Shown here one piece after another: positions 39,358 to 48,812 of a DNA stretch of 64,000 bases. How positions within the stretch are numbered: position 1 is the stretch's first letter; every line of letters starts with the position of its first letter. Both the position numbers and the translations under genes were made by a program. Origin of the DNA: Polaromonas sp. (GTDB lineage Bacteria; Pseudomonadota; Gammaproteobacteria; Burkholderiales; Burkholderiaceae_C); the NCBI GenBank assembly GCA_013297865.1, contig JAAFIP010000015.1, positions 31,359 through 95,358 of the forward strand, in the 5' to 3' direction. The notes beneath the pieces were generated by a model that worked only from the letters and a program-made list of their open reading frames with translations, was not told the DNA's origin and made no database searches.

Positions 39358-40020
39358 ATGCGACTGCTACTTCTTGAAGATGATCTGCAACTGGGCAAAG
39401 CCCTGCAGACCGCCCTGGGCCAGAGCGGGTTTCAGACCGTGTGGGTGCGGCGCGTGCAAGAAGCCAAAGCCCTGCTCGCCAGCGAGTCGTATGGCGCTGT
39501 GTTGCTGGACATCGGCCTGCCCGACGGCTCGGGTCTGGATGTGCTGGCCTGGCTGCGCAAAAGCGGCAGCGGCGTGCCGGTGGTCATGCTCACAGCCCGC
39601 GACAGCATCAACGACCGCATTGAAGGCTTGGACATGGGCGCTGACGACTATATGCCCAAGCCATTTGCCATCCCCGAGCTGGTCTCGCGTATCCATGCCA
39701 TCAGCCGGCGCAGCGCAGGCTTTGCCGAAGAGGTCTGGCGCATTGGCCAGCTCAGCTTGGAGCCTGCCAAACACCGTGCCAGCCTGGCCGAGGTGCCGCT
39801 GGAGCTGTCGCTGCGCGAATACACCCTGCTGCTGGAGCTGGCCAAAAGCGCGGGCCGCTACGTGACCCGCAGCAAGCTGGAGCAGGCGGTGTTCAGTGCC
39901 CAGACCGACATCGAGAGCAACGCGCTGGAGGTGCACATCCACCATCTGCGCAAAAAACTCGGTGCCCAGCGCATACAGACCATTCGCGGCGTCGGCTATT
40001 TACTGATGGAGCAACCATGA
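39358..40020 (+). CDS. OmpR-family response regulator (QseB/PmrA-like)
   Basis: LLEDD, LLDIGLP, GADDYMPKPF, SNALEVHIHHLRKK, TIRGVGY. Confidence 0.95.
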   Translation: MRLLLLEDDLQLGKALQTALGQSGFQTVWVRRVQEAKALLASESYGAVLLDIGLPDGSGLDVLAWLRKSGSGVPVVMLTARDSINDRIEGLDMGADDYMPKPFAIPELVSRIHAISRRSAGFAEEVWRIGQLSLEPAKHRASLAEVPLELSLREYTLLLELAKSAGRYVTRSKLEQAVFSAQTDIESNALEVHIHHLRKKLGAQRIQTIRGVGYLLMEQP

Positions 40021-41423
40021 ACTTCTTCGTTCCCAGCCTGACACGGCGCATGGTCATTGGCGAGGTGATCGCCGTGGTGGTGTTTTCGCTGCTTTTGGTG
40101 GGCAATCTGCTGTGGGAGTTCATCAGGCAGGGCGAGGGCGAGCTTGACAAACAGCTGTTGTATTCAGCCAAGGCAACCGCCATGGCCGCACGCGCAGAGG
40201 CCAGCACACCGCTGGAGATGCAAATCGTTCTGCGCGGCCTGGAAACTGCAACACGTGAAGCGATAGCCTTGATCAAGAAGGATCGAGGAGAAGACCCCAA
40301 AACAGCGGCTTATGCCACGCGTATCACCGACCTGGAAGGCCGGGAAATCCATGTCACACCAGGCTACGAGCAACTGCCCATTGATCCGCAGGCGACGAAG
40401 GCTTACGACTTTCAGTACGATGGGCAGCGCTGGCGCGGGCTGAAATATCGCGCTGTAGAGCAGAACATGGTGGTCCATATAGCGCAAAGCACGGAATACA
40501 TCAGCACCGAGATGTGGACCCTGATCAAGACCTATATTATGTGGCCGCTGCTGTGGTTTTTGCCGTTGGCCTACATCACCAGCTGGCTGATGGTGTCGCG
40601 TGGCCTGCAGCCACTGCGGCGCCTCGCCGACAGCATTGCACGGCGCAACCCCAATGACCTGAGCCCCCTGGCCCATACGGCAATGCACACAGAAACCAAG
40701 CCCCTGGTGCAGGAAATCAATTCCCTGCTGTTCAAGCTCAACACTACGCTCAGCCGCGAGCGCAATTTTCTGGCCGATGCCGCGCATGAGCTGCGCACGC
40801 CGCTGGCAGTGATCCAGGCCCAGGTGCATGTGCTGCGTAATGCGCGCAACGAGGCCGACAAGGCCAGCGCTTCGGACGAGCTCAATATCGGTATCGAGCG
40901 CGCGGCCAGTTTGATCCAGAAGCTACTGCTGACTGCCAAGGTGAGCGTAGAGCACTTTGCCCCTCGTCTGGAGACGGTGGACCTGGTGTCGTTTGTGCAA
41001 GAGCGCATGGCCATGCTGTCGGTGCTGGCTGCCAACAAGCAGATTGACATGGAGCTGCAGGCGCCGCTGCAGTGCTTTATCCAGCTGGACCGCGAGACCT
41101 TTGTCTCTGCGGTGGATAACGTGCTGGACAACGCCATTCGCTACACCCCTGCTAACGGCCAGATCCAGGTGAGCATCGAGTCCGTGGGCACGGGCCAGGT
41201 GTGTGTGCGCGTGGCCGACAGCGGCGTGGGCATAGCGCCTGAGCTGCACGAGCGTGTATTTGAGCGCTTTTTCCGCATCACTGGCACCGAGCAGCAAGGC
41301 AGCGGGCTGGGCCTGGCGATTGTGAAAAAAGTGCTGGCGCTGCATGGCGGCAAGGTCGCCCTGCTGCCTGGCCTGAACCAGCGCGGCCTGGCGGTGGAGC
41401 TGACCATGCCGTTGGCTGGTTAG
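40017..41423 (+). CDS. Sensor histidine kinase (QseC-like)
   Basis: ADAAHELRTPL, NVLDNAIRY, DSGVGI, GSGLGL. Confidence 0.95.
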   Translation: MNFFVPSLTRRMVIGEVIAVVVFSLLLVGNLLWEFIRQGEGELDKQLLYSAKATAMAARAEASTPLEMQIVLRGLETATREAIALIKKDRGEDPKTAAYATRITDLEGREIHVTPGYEQLPIDPQATKAYDFQYDGQRWRGLKYRAVEQNMVVHIAQSTEYISTEMWTLIKTYIMWPLLWFLPLAYITSWLMVSRGLQPLRRLADSIARRNPNDLSPLAHTAMHTETKPLVQEINSLLFKLNTTLSRERNFLADAAHELRTPLAVIQAQVHVLRNARNEADKASASDELNIGIERAASLIQKLLLTAKVSVEHFAPRLETVDLVSFVQERMAMLSVLAANKQIDMELQAPLQCFIQLDRETFVSAVDNVLDNAIRYTPANGQIQVSIESVGTGQVCVRVADSGVGIAPELHERVFERFFRITGTEQQGSGLGLAIVKKVLALHGGKVALLPGLNQRGLAVELTMPLAG

Positions 41424-41449
41424 GTCTTGCTCACCAACCGCGCTGGCAA

Positions 41450-43189
41450 TTACTTCAGAGCACTCCAGGCGGCATAGTCTTTGGGGTAGGCCTCTTTGTA
41501 GCGGGCCAGGTGGGCCATGGCCACATCGTCAAAGTGCAGCATCGTGGCCGACTCGATCAGCGCCTCAATCACCCGCGGCTCGGGCGAATAGTGCACCAGG
41601 TCCAGCGACAGCCGCAGCACATGCACCGCGGTTTGCGGTGTGAGTGGCGTGGTCACCAGCTCGGCAAACTGCGCCTGCCGCCTGAACAGCCAGCTGCGCT
41701 GCGCCGCGGCCATCACATCGCCCTCGTAGCGCGCGCTGCGTTGCTCCACGGGCAGGTAGATCTGGCTCACGCGGTGGTAGTCAAAGGCAGCATAGAGCGT
41801 AAAACACAATAACCCAATTGCTATGCTTTTAATAGCTGCTCCCGCGATATTCCATTGGCCTGCAGCCCTATTTTGTATATAAAAGCCCTTCCCAGAAGGC
41901 GCTGCAGCCGCTGCTGGGGCCAGCAGCAGCCCCAGGCACAGCCCCAGCGTCATCAAAAACGGCCCATACCACAGCGGATACTCCACCATGCTGTGCAGCG
42001 CCAGCAGCGCCAGCACACCCCAGGCCAGCTGGCGTGCAGCGTCTGCCTCGCGCCAGGGCGCAGCGCGCCACACCCACCAGGCCAGCGTGCCACAAAACAG
42101 CAGCGCAAAGGGCAGGCCCAGCTCGACGGCCAGGTGCAGCGGCAGGTTGTGGGCATTGTCCAGCAGGTCCATAAAACGCACGCCCTCCTGCGTGCCAAAG
42201 CTGGTGGCGTAGTGTGCATAGGCCAGCTCCCGCCAGCCCCAGCCCAGCCAGGGCTTTTGCGCAATCAGCTCGATCACATTGCTGTACAGCGCCACCCGCC
42301 CGCTGCCCGTGCTGTCCTGCATGCGCGAGAGCACACCACTGGAGGTGTTACCCACCACATCAGCAAACCAAGGCATCAGCGCCACCGCCACCGCATAGAT
42401 CAGCATGCTGCCCCAGGCCAGACGCTTCACCTGCGCCGACAGGCTGCCGCGCCACAGCCACACCAGCGCCCCGATCAGCAGCCACTGCAACGCCCCCGTG
42501 CGCGAGCTAGACAGCGCATTGCCCAGCGCCAGTGCGCCAGCTGCCAGCCACGGCCAGTAGCCCATCCCTTCGCGCCCCGCAGAGAGCTGCCGCAAATACA
42601 AAAGTGCCAACAGCCCCATGCCACACAGCGTAGCAAACTGATTACGCTGGCGCAGATTCGCATAGGCCGTGCCATCACCCGACACGCTGATCCACGGCGC
42701 AAACCAGTGCTCCACGCGCAAGTATTGGCACAGTGCCATCGCCACACTCACCAGCGCCACTACCAGCCAGGTGCGGGCCAGCCCAGGTAGCGCAACAGCC
42801 TGCCCCATGCTCCACAACTCTACGTCCCGTTGCGTCACATCCTGCCGCATCGGCCCCGCTGCGCCAGCTTGCTCTTGCCCTATACAAAGCCCCACAAACA
42901 GCATCAGCCCCACACTAGCCCAAGCCAGCAAAGTCGCCAGATTCTCCGCCCCCGCCCCCACCGAGCGCCCATGCAGCACAAAAAACAGTGCACACCCTAG
43001 CCCCAACACCATCGCCCCCCGCGGCTGCGCCACTGTACGCTGCCCCACAAGCGCCAGCCAGGCAGCACAGCCCACACACAGCAGCGACACCAACCAAGGC
43101 ACCATCGCCGCCGATGGTCCAGGCGCAAAAGGACTCAGCCAGGGCAGAGCCAGTACAGTAAAAAATAAAGAAGTGCGCAGCGAGGTCAT
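41450..43189 (-). CDS. pglL: PglL-family O-oligosaccharyltransferase (Wzy_C)
   Basis: ANLRQRNQFA, SSSRTG, PWLGWGW, NAHNLPLH, HSMVEYPLWY; next to pilin genes. Confidence 0.88.
   Translation of the reverse strand: MTSLRTSLFFTVLALPWLSPFAPGPSAAMVPWLVSLLCVGCAAWLALVGQRTVAQPRGAMVLGLGCALFFVLHGRSVGAGAENLATLLAWASVGLMLFVGLCIGQEQAGAAGPMRQDVTQRDVELWSMGQAVALPGLARTWLVVALVSVAMALCQYLRVEHWFAPWISVSGDGTAYANLRQRNQFATLCGMGLLALLYLRQLSAGREGMGYWPWLAAGALALGNALSSSRTGALQWLLIGALVWLWRGSLSAQVKRLAWGSMLIYAVAVALMPWFADVVGNTSSGVLSRMQDSTGSGRVALYSNVIELIAQKPWLGWGWRELAYAHYATSFGTQEGVRFMDLLDNAHNLPLHLAVELGLPFALLFCGTLAWWVWRAAPWREADAARQLAWGVLALLALHSMVEYPLWYGPFLMTLGLCLGLLLAPAAAAAPSGKGFYIQNRAAGQWNIAGAAIKSIAIGLLCFTLYAAFDYHRVSQIYLPVEQRSARYEGDVMAAAQRSWLFRRQAQFAELVTTPLTPQTAVHVLRLSLDLVHYSPEPRVIEALIESATMLHFDDVAMAHLARYKEAYPKDYAAWSALK
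41819..41868 (+). repeat. Dispersed element copy 9 (inside pglL)
   Basis: tgctat-gctttta-atagctgc-tcccgcga-tattcca-ttggcctgcagccc. Confidence 0.92.
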
Positions 43190-43264
43190 GTCCCAAGTCT
43201 AACCATGCCGGTCAATACATCGCTGCAAAACTTACGGCGGGCGACTAACACTCGCTAGGGGATG

Positions 43265-44053
43265 TTAGAAACCATCAATTGGGGCATAGGCCAAGGGCAA
43301 AGCGGTTTTAGCGTCAATAAAAGCAACCCAATCTGCAGTTTTAAAGCTTGTTACTGGGATATAGAGCAAACTGCTTTCTGCAACGCCACTATCGATAACT
43401 GTTTGATCAATCAAGCGAGAGGCCTCTGGGCGTTTGGCACGCAAATTTGCAATAGATTTTGCACGACTCAAAACTTGATTTCGACTTAACTCGTAACTTT
43501 GCCACCAGTCTGGTCGTACTGCTTCGTCTTGGCCCTGAAACGCTAGATCCAAACTTTTCGCCCTTTCAAGGGGATCTTTGGCACTACGTACCCCAATTAA
43601 TTTGGGCCCAAATATCGGTAACTTATGGAAGCCGCCTAGTTCAGGTTTAAGTTGCCCCTCTGGAATATCTGCTCTAGACACCACTCTTAAGCGGTCAACT
43701 TCATGGACTAGGTAAACAGGGCGCGCTAAATATACGGTATACAGACCATAAACCAAAGCGGCCATCTGAATAACTGCCACTATGCCCAGATCTCGAATAA
43801 GCTCACCGCGTGGTTTGGCAGGATTAAACAAAACAAATGTAAGCAACGGGCCACACACCACGTCCACCGAGATAATCAGTACAAACAACTCTCTGCCACC
43901 CGATAACTCACGGTAAGGGTAGGGATACCAAACGCCAAATACCAATACACCTGCAAAAAAAGCTACCAGCAAGCTGAGAAAGAGATGCCAAGCTGCAGCT
44001 TTTAAAGAATACTTAAGGCGCGTATTGAATATATTACTGACCAACAACTGCAT
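43265..44053 (-). CDS. tfpZ: TfpX/TfpZ (FimB-like) pilin accessory protein
   Basis: HL..S, WYP.PY, VDVVCGPLLT, ARPVY; downstream of pilins, AT-rich. Confidence 0.85.
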   Translation of the reverse strand: MQLLVSNIFNTRLKYSLKAAAWHLFLSLLVAFFAGVLVFGVWYPYPYRELSGGRELFVLIISVDVVCGPLLTFVLFNPAKPRGELIRDLGIVAVIQMAALVYGLYTVYLARPVYLVHEVDRLRVVSRADIPEGQLKPELGGFHKLPIFGPKLIGVRSAKDPLERAKSLDLAFQGQDEAVRPDWWQSYELSRNQVLSRAKSIANLRAKRPEASRLIDQTVIDSGVAESSLLYIPVTSFKTADWVAFIDAKTALPLAYAPIDGF

Positions 44054-44101
44054 ACAAACTAAGACTGGTTTTCAAATTCATAATGTAGTTGTGAGTTTAC
44101 T

Positions 44102-44668
44102 TTAACGGCATTGTGCAGGCACGTACTTAGCTCGTACGGCAGTAGCACCTAATGCTGCAGGAATCACACCTGTACCAGCAAACTGAGCAGTAGCGGTTGC
44201 ATTTGTTTCAGAAACACATGCAAAGTCTATATCACCTGAAACTTGTGTTGCAGGTGTCAATGCAGTTAGCAGCGTCACAGCAGTTCCTGTTCCAGTGCGA
44301 ACGATCGGATGAATTTGAATCAGGCGCTCACCTGCTTTAATACCAACGCTAACGTCGTTGTACTGAATTGTCATGATACCGGTTGTAGTAGAACCTTGGA
44401 TGTTGTTAACGAACTTGCTGGTTGCACCAGTACCACCAGATTGGTTGTTAAAAGTTGTCATGGCTCCTGCCAAATCGGCAGCGGTAACCGCGCCGTAAGT
44501 AACTATGCCCTTCTTCAAAGGCTCAACCAAGCTCAAACCCTCAGTGATACGTGCGCGGATGGTGTAGTCTTGGTACGCGGGCAATGCAATAGCAGCCAAT
44601 ATACCAATAATCGCTACAACTATCATCAGTTCGATCAGGGTAAAGCCCTTTTGCAATAAACGTTTCAT
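44102..44668 (-). CDS. pilA: Type IVa major pilin, copy 2
   Basis: KG^[28 protein letters not shown]-terminal C..C disulfide loop. Confidence 0.95.
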   Translation of the reverse strand: MKRLLQKGFTLIELMIVVAIIGILAAIALPAYQDYTIRARITEGLSLVEPLKKGIVTYGAVTAADLAGAMTTFNNQSGGTGATSKFVNNIQGSTTTGIMTIQYNDVSVGIKAGERLIQIHPIVRTGTGTAVTLLTALTPATQVSGDIDFACVSETNATATAQFAGTGVIPAALGATAVRAKYVPAQCR

Positions 44669-44689
44669 AATTAGCTCCAAGCAGTCATT

Positions 44690-44717
44690 AAAAAAAAGAG
44701 CGCCTAAGCGCTCTTTT
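44690..44717 (-). terminator. Rho-independent terminator between the two pilin genes
   Basis: minus strand aaaagagcgc-ttag-gcgctc-tttttttt. Confidence 0.88.
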
Positions 44718-44739
44718 CAAGTAGAAACTATATTAGAGA

Positions 44740-45306
44740 TTAGCGGCATTGTGCAGGTACGTACTTGGCACGCACGGCAGTAGCGCCTAATGCTGCAGGG
44801 ATTACACCTGTACCAGCAAACTGAGCCGTAGCTGTAGCATTGGTTTCAGATACACATGCAAAGTCCACAGTACCCGATACTTGTGTTGCAGGTGTCAATG
44901 CAGTCTGCAAGGTCACAGCAGTACCTGTACCAGTGCGGACAATCGGATGAATTTGAATCAGGCGCTCAGCGGCTTTGATACCTACATTACCGTCGTTATA
45001 CTGAATCACCATAATACCGGTAGTAGTAGAACCTTGAATGTTGTTAACGAACTTGCTGGTTGCACCAGTACCACCAGATTGGTTGTTAAATGTTGTCATG
45101 GTTCCTGCCAAATCGGCAGCGGTAGAAGCGCCGTCCGTAGCTAAGGATTTCTTCAGAGGCTCAACCAAGCTCAAACCTTCAGTGATACGTGCACGGATGG
45201 TGTAGTCTTGATAAGCTGGCAGAGCAATAGCAGCCAAAATACCGATAATCGCCACAACGATCATCAATTCGATCAGGGTGAAACCCTTTTGCAGAGTACG
45301 CTTCAT
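44740..45306 (-). CDS. pilA: Type IVa major pilin, copy 1
   Basis: Class III signal KG^FTLIEL; RBS ggag; sigma54 promoter upstream. Confidence 0.95.
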   Translation of the reverse strand: MKRTLQKGFTLIELMIVVAIIGILAAIALPAYQDYTIRARITEGLSLVEPLKKSLATDGASTAADLAGTMTTFNNQSGGTGATSKFVNNIQGSTTTGIMVIQYNDGNVGIKAAERLIQIHPIVRTGTGTAVTLQTALTPATQVSGTVDFACVSETNATATAQFAGTGVIPAALGATAVRAKYVPAQCR

Positions 45307-45345
45307 AAAAAAATCTCCAGGTTGGTTAAGAAAGCGATATCTATT

Positions 45346-45361
45346 TGCAAGTGGTGTGCCA
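45346..45361 (-). promoter_or_regulatory. Sigma-54 (-24/-12) promoter of pilA
   Basis: minus strand TGGCAC-accac-TTGCA. Confidence 0.8.
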
Positions 45362-45554
45362 GGGGCCTTGAATGCTATTTATGCGTGAAATGTCACAATA
45401 TAGATACTTTAGAACTAACTTTCAGAGCCAATTTTGTGTCACACGCCATCTGCACTGACAATTATGTTACTTGTGCGGACAAAATACGTAACAAAATTCG
45501 TGAAATGTGACCAGATGATGGTTTCCGTCTTGGCACGCAGCCGCTGGCCCGACG

Positions 45555-47987
45555 TTACTTCAGGCACACCGCTCGCACCTGTTTAAGGTCGGTCAGGCCC
45601 ATCAGAATCTTTTCCATGCCGTCCATCTTGAGGGTGCGCATGCCTTGGGCTACGGCCAGAGTGAATAGTTCGGCCACGCGGGCGCTCTCCTGGATGAGTT
45701 TTTTGATGGCGTCGTCGGCCACCAGCAGCTCGTGCAGGCCCACGCGACCTTTGTAGCCGGTGTGCTTACATTTGTCGCAGCCGCCCTGGCTGTTGACGCG
45801 GTAGAGCTTGAGGCTGCCGTCTTTGCCGTAGGCTTCGCTCCAGTGGTCCAGCAGGAGCTGCTGTTCGCCCCCGGGGTCGGCCTGCCAGGCAGCGGTGTGG
45901 CGCAGCTCGTCGGCATATTCGGTGATAAAGCTCTTGAGCTCGGTCGAAGTGGGCGTGTACTCTTCTTTGCAGTCGCACAGGCGCTTGGCCAGGCGTTGCG
46001 CCAGGATGCCCAGCAGCGCATCGGCAAAGTTGAACGGGTCCATGCCCATGTCCAGCAGCCGGGTGATGGACTCGGGCGCGCTGTTGGTGTGCAAGGTGCT
46101 GAACACCAGGTGGCCGGTGAGCGAGGCTTCCACACCCATGCTCACGGTTTCCTTGTCGCGGCTCTCGCCCACCATGATGATGTCGGGGTCGGCGCGCAGA
46201 AAGGCGCGCATGATCAGGGCAAAGTCAATACCGGCTTTTTTGTTGACCTGGACCTGACGCAGGCCCTTTTGGGTGATCTCCACCGGGTCTTCGGCCGTCC
46301 AGATCTTGGTGTCGGGCGTGTTGAGAAACTTGAGGATGCTATGCAATGTGGTGGTTTTGCCCGAACCGGTAGGGCCGCACACATAAAACAGGCCGTAGGG
46401 TTTGCTGACGGTTTTTTCCACACGCTCACGGTTGTGGGTGGTGAGGCCCAGTTTTTCCAGCGGGATAGGCTCGCCTGCGGCCAAAATGCGCATGACCACG
46501 TCTTCCACGCCGCCTGCGCTGGGGATGGTGGCCACGCGCAGCTCGATGTCCAGCGGGCCGTATTTTTTGAACTTGATCTTGCCGTCCTGCGGCTTGCGCC
46601 GCTCGGAGATGTCCAGGTCGCACATGATTTTCAGGCGAGTGACCATGGCCTGGCGAAAATGCGAAGGCACCTCGATATACGGTGCCAGCGTGCCGTCAAC
46701 GCGAAAGCGGATGCCGGTTTTGGCCTTGCCGGGCATGGGCTCGATGTGGATGTCCGAGGCCTTCTGGTGGTAGGCGTCCACAATGACCTTGTTGACAAAC
46801 TTTACCAGCTCGTTGTCGGCCGCGGCTGACTCGAGAGCCGAATCGTCAAAGCCAGAGTCGTCCAGCGGCGCGTTCATGTCGGCCAGTAGCTGGTCGATAG
46901 AGCCGCTGTCGTTGCCTGCGCCAAACAGCTGGCCCAGGGTTTCTTCAAACTCCGCATGGGTGGTGACGCGGTAGCTGACTTTGGACAGGCGCGGGAACAG
47001 CTGCTGCACCATGCGCGCGCCGCGCGTGGCCTCAGGGTCCAGGCACATCACCACCAGGCCTTCGGAGGTTTCTTCCAGCGGGATCCAGCCTTGCTGGTGG
47101 ATGAAGTCCACCTTCAGCGCAGCGTGCAGCATCTCCGAGCGGATGCGCCCGTTGCTAAATGGCTCATACGGCACACCAAAAAACTGCGCAAGCGACGGGC
47201 CGATCTGCGCGGGCTTGATGTGGTGGTCGGCCATCAGCATATGCTCCACCGACTGGCCCTGCTCGCGAGCCTTGCGCACACACTGCGCCAGCGCTTCGGC
47301 AGACAGCATCTCCTGGCTCACCAGCAAATCGTATTTGGTGGCTTTGCGCCGCTGGCTGTCTTCGGCGCGCTGCGCGCGCTGGCGGATGGCGGTGGCCAGG
47401 GTTTTGCACAGCTGGGTGGCGCCTTCAATCTCCAGCATACCAAATGGCGCATTGCTTTTGTTGTTGATCACCTGCAGCACACCATGCAGCTGCTGGCCGT
47501 CCACAATCGGCACCACCAGCATCTGCTTGGTGCGGTAGCCCGAGCGCTTGTCCACCTCTTTGAGAAAACTCAGCTGGGGATGGATGCGCTTGAGGCTCTC
47601 GTCGTCATACACATCGGCAATATTGACCATATCGCGCGACATGGCGGCATAGCCCGCAATGCTCTGCACGCCAATGGGCAGCTTGAGGTCTTTGGCCACC
47701 TGCAGGCCGGTTTTGACCTTGGAGATGATCGAGCTTTTGTCTTCGCTTACAGCGTACAGCGTGAGCCGGTCTGCATTGAGCAGCTTGCAGATGTCCTGGC
47801 TGGACTCCAGCATCAGCTGGTCAATGTTCTCGGTGTCGTGGATGCGGGTGGTGACCTGCTGTAGCTGGCGGTAAAACAGTACCTCAAAGGTGACGCCGCG
47901 TTTTTCAGGGGGCAGCAGCTGGGAGTTGAAAAACGCCTGTTCAGCGCTGGCATGCGCATGGCTCGACGGCGAAAACCCGGAGCTCAT
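45555..47987 (-). CDS. GspE/PilB-family ATPase with N-terminal GAF domain
   Basis: ASDIHIEP, GPTGSGKTT, TAEDPVE, DPDIIMVGE, GHLVFSTLH, four Cys; GAF IAGY..VNIADVY..VDKRSGYRTKQMLVVPI. Confidence 0.93.
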   Translation of the reverse strand: MSSGFSPSSHAHASAEQAFFNSQLLPPEKRGVTFEVLFYRQLQQVTTRIHDTENIDQLMLESSQDICKLLNADRLTLYAVSEDKSSIISKVKTGLQVAKDLKLPIGVQSIAGYAAMSRDMVNIADVYDDESLKRIHPQLSFLKEVDKRSGYRTKQMLVVPIVDGQQLHGVLQVINNKSNAPFGMLEIEGATQLCKTLATAIRQRAQRAEDSQRRKATKYDLLVSQEMLSAEALAQCVRKAREQGQSVEHMLMADHHIKPAQIGPSLAQFFGVPYEPFSNGRIRSEMLHAALKVDFIHQQGWIPLEETSEGLVVMCLDPEATRGARMVQQLFPRLSKVSYRVTTHAEFEETLGQLFGAGNDSGSIDQLLADMNAPLDDSGFDDSALESAAADNELVKFVNKVIVDAYHQKASDIHIEPMPGKAKTGIRFRVDGTLAPYIEVPSHFRQAMVTRLKIMCDLDISERRKPQDGKIKFKKYGPLDIELRVATIPSAGGVEDVVMRILAAGEPIPLEKLGLTTHNRERVEKTVSKPYGLFYVCGPTGSGKTTTLHSILKFLNTPDTKIWTAEDPVEITQKGLRQVQVNKKAGIDFALIMRAFLRADPDIIMVGESRDKETVSMGVEASLTGHLVFSTLHTNSAPESITRLLDMGMDPFNFADALLGILAQRLAKRLCDCKEEYTPTSTELKSFITEYADELRHTAAWQADPGGEQQLLLDHWSEAYGKDGSLKLYRVNSQGGCDKCKHTGYKGRVGLHELLVADDAIKKLIQESARVAELFTLAVAQGMRTLKMDGMEKILMGLTDLKQVRAVCLK

Positions 47988-48775
47988 AGGTCAAATACTT
48001 GCCCCGCCCGCAGCCAGCGGATGTCATGGCTCACATGGGGGCCAGAGGGATGGGTCTGGTCAAAGCGTTGCACCTCTTCCATGATCAGGTCGGTCTCAGC
48101 TGGCTTGGTATGGGTGATGTAAATCGGAAAGTGCTTGTCCTGGGCGATCTGGTCCAGCTCGTCTGCCAGTGCGGTGGGCGAGAGGTGCAGGCTGCGTTTG
48201 GCCAGCTCCTGCTCACGGTTGCTGAAAGCGGTTTCTATCACTAGCATCGCCACGTTCATGGAGTTCAGACGCTGCCAGAAGGCGGCGTTGCGCTCGGTAT
48301 CGCCAGTAAACACCCAGCTGCTTCGGCCTGCATGCACCGCGTAGCCCACCGCAGGCACGGTGTGCACTGCTGGCATCACCTCGACGGTTTTGCCTGCGAT
48401 TTGCAGGATTTGGCCGGTATGGATCGGGTGAAAACTCAAAAACGGCGCTTCGGCCGACGGAATTTGGCTGAAGTCGGGCCAGATGGCGTTATTGAAAATA
48501 TGCTGGCGCAGGGCGGCAATCGTCTCGGGCAGGGCATGCACGCGCAAAGGCGCGCTGCGCTGGGCTGCGACCGAGTCGATCATCAGCGGCAACGAGGCGA
48601 TATGGTCCAGATGCGAATGGGTCAGCAGCACATCGTTGATCTGGCACATCTCATCCAGACGGAGGTCGCCCACGCCCGTGCCTGCGTCCACCAGCAGGTC
48701 GGCATCAATCAGGAAGGAGGTGGTACGGCAGTCCTTGGCAATCGCGCCAGAGCATCCTAAAACCCGTACTTTCAT
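47984..48775 (-). CDS. Class II (MBL-fold) 3',5'-cyclic-nucleotide phosphodiesterase
   Basis: VLGCSG, DAGTG, THSHLDH, FNNAIWPDF, FTGDT; ATGA overlap with the ATPase. Confidence 0.88.
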   Translation of the reverse strand: MKVRVLGCSGAIAKDCRTTSFLIDADLLVDAGTGVGDLRLDEMCQINDVLLTHSHLDHIASLPLMIDSVAAQRSAPLRVHALPETIAALRQHIFNNAIWPDFSQIPSAEAPFLSFHPIHTGQILQIAGKTVEVMPAVHTVPAVGYAVHAGRSSWVFTGDTERNAAFWQRLNSMNVAMLVIETAFSNREQELAKRSLHLSPTALADELDQIAQDKHFPIYITHTKPAETDLIMEEVQRFDQTHPSGPHVSHDIRWLRAGQVFDL

Positions 48776-48812
48776 TGTGCAAAATTCCCCAAAGACATAC
48801 ATCGCCTATGCA

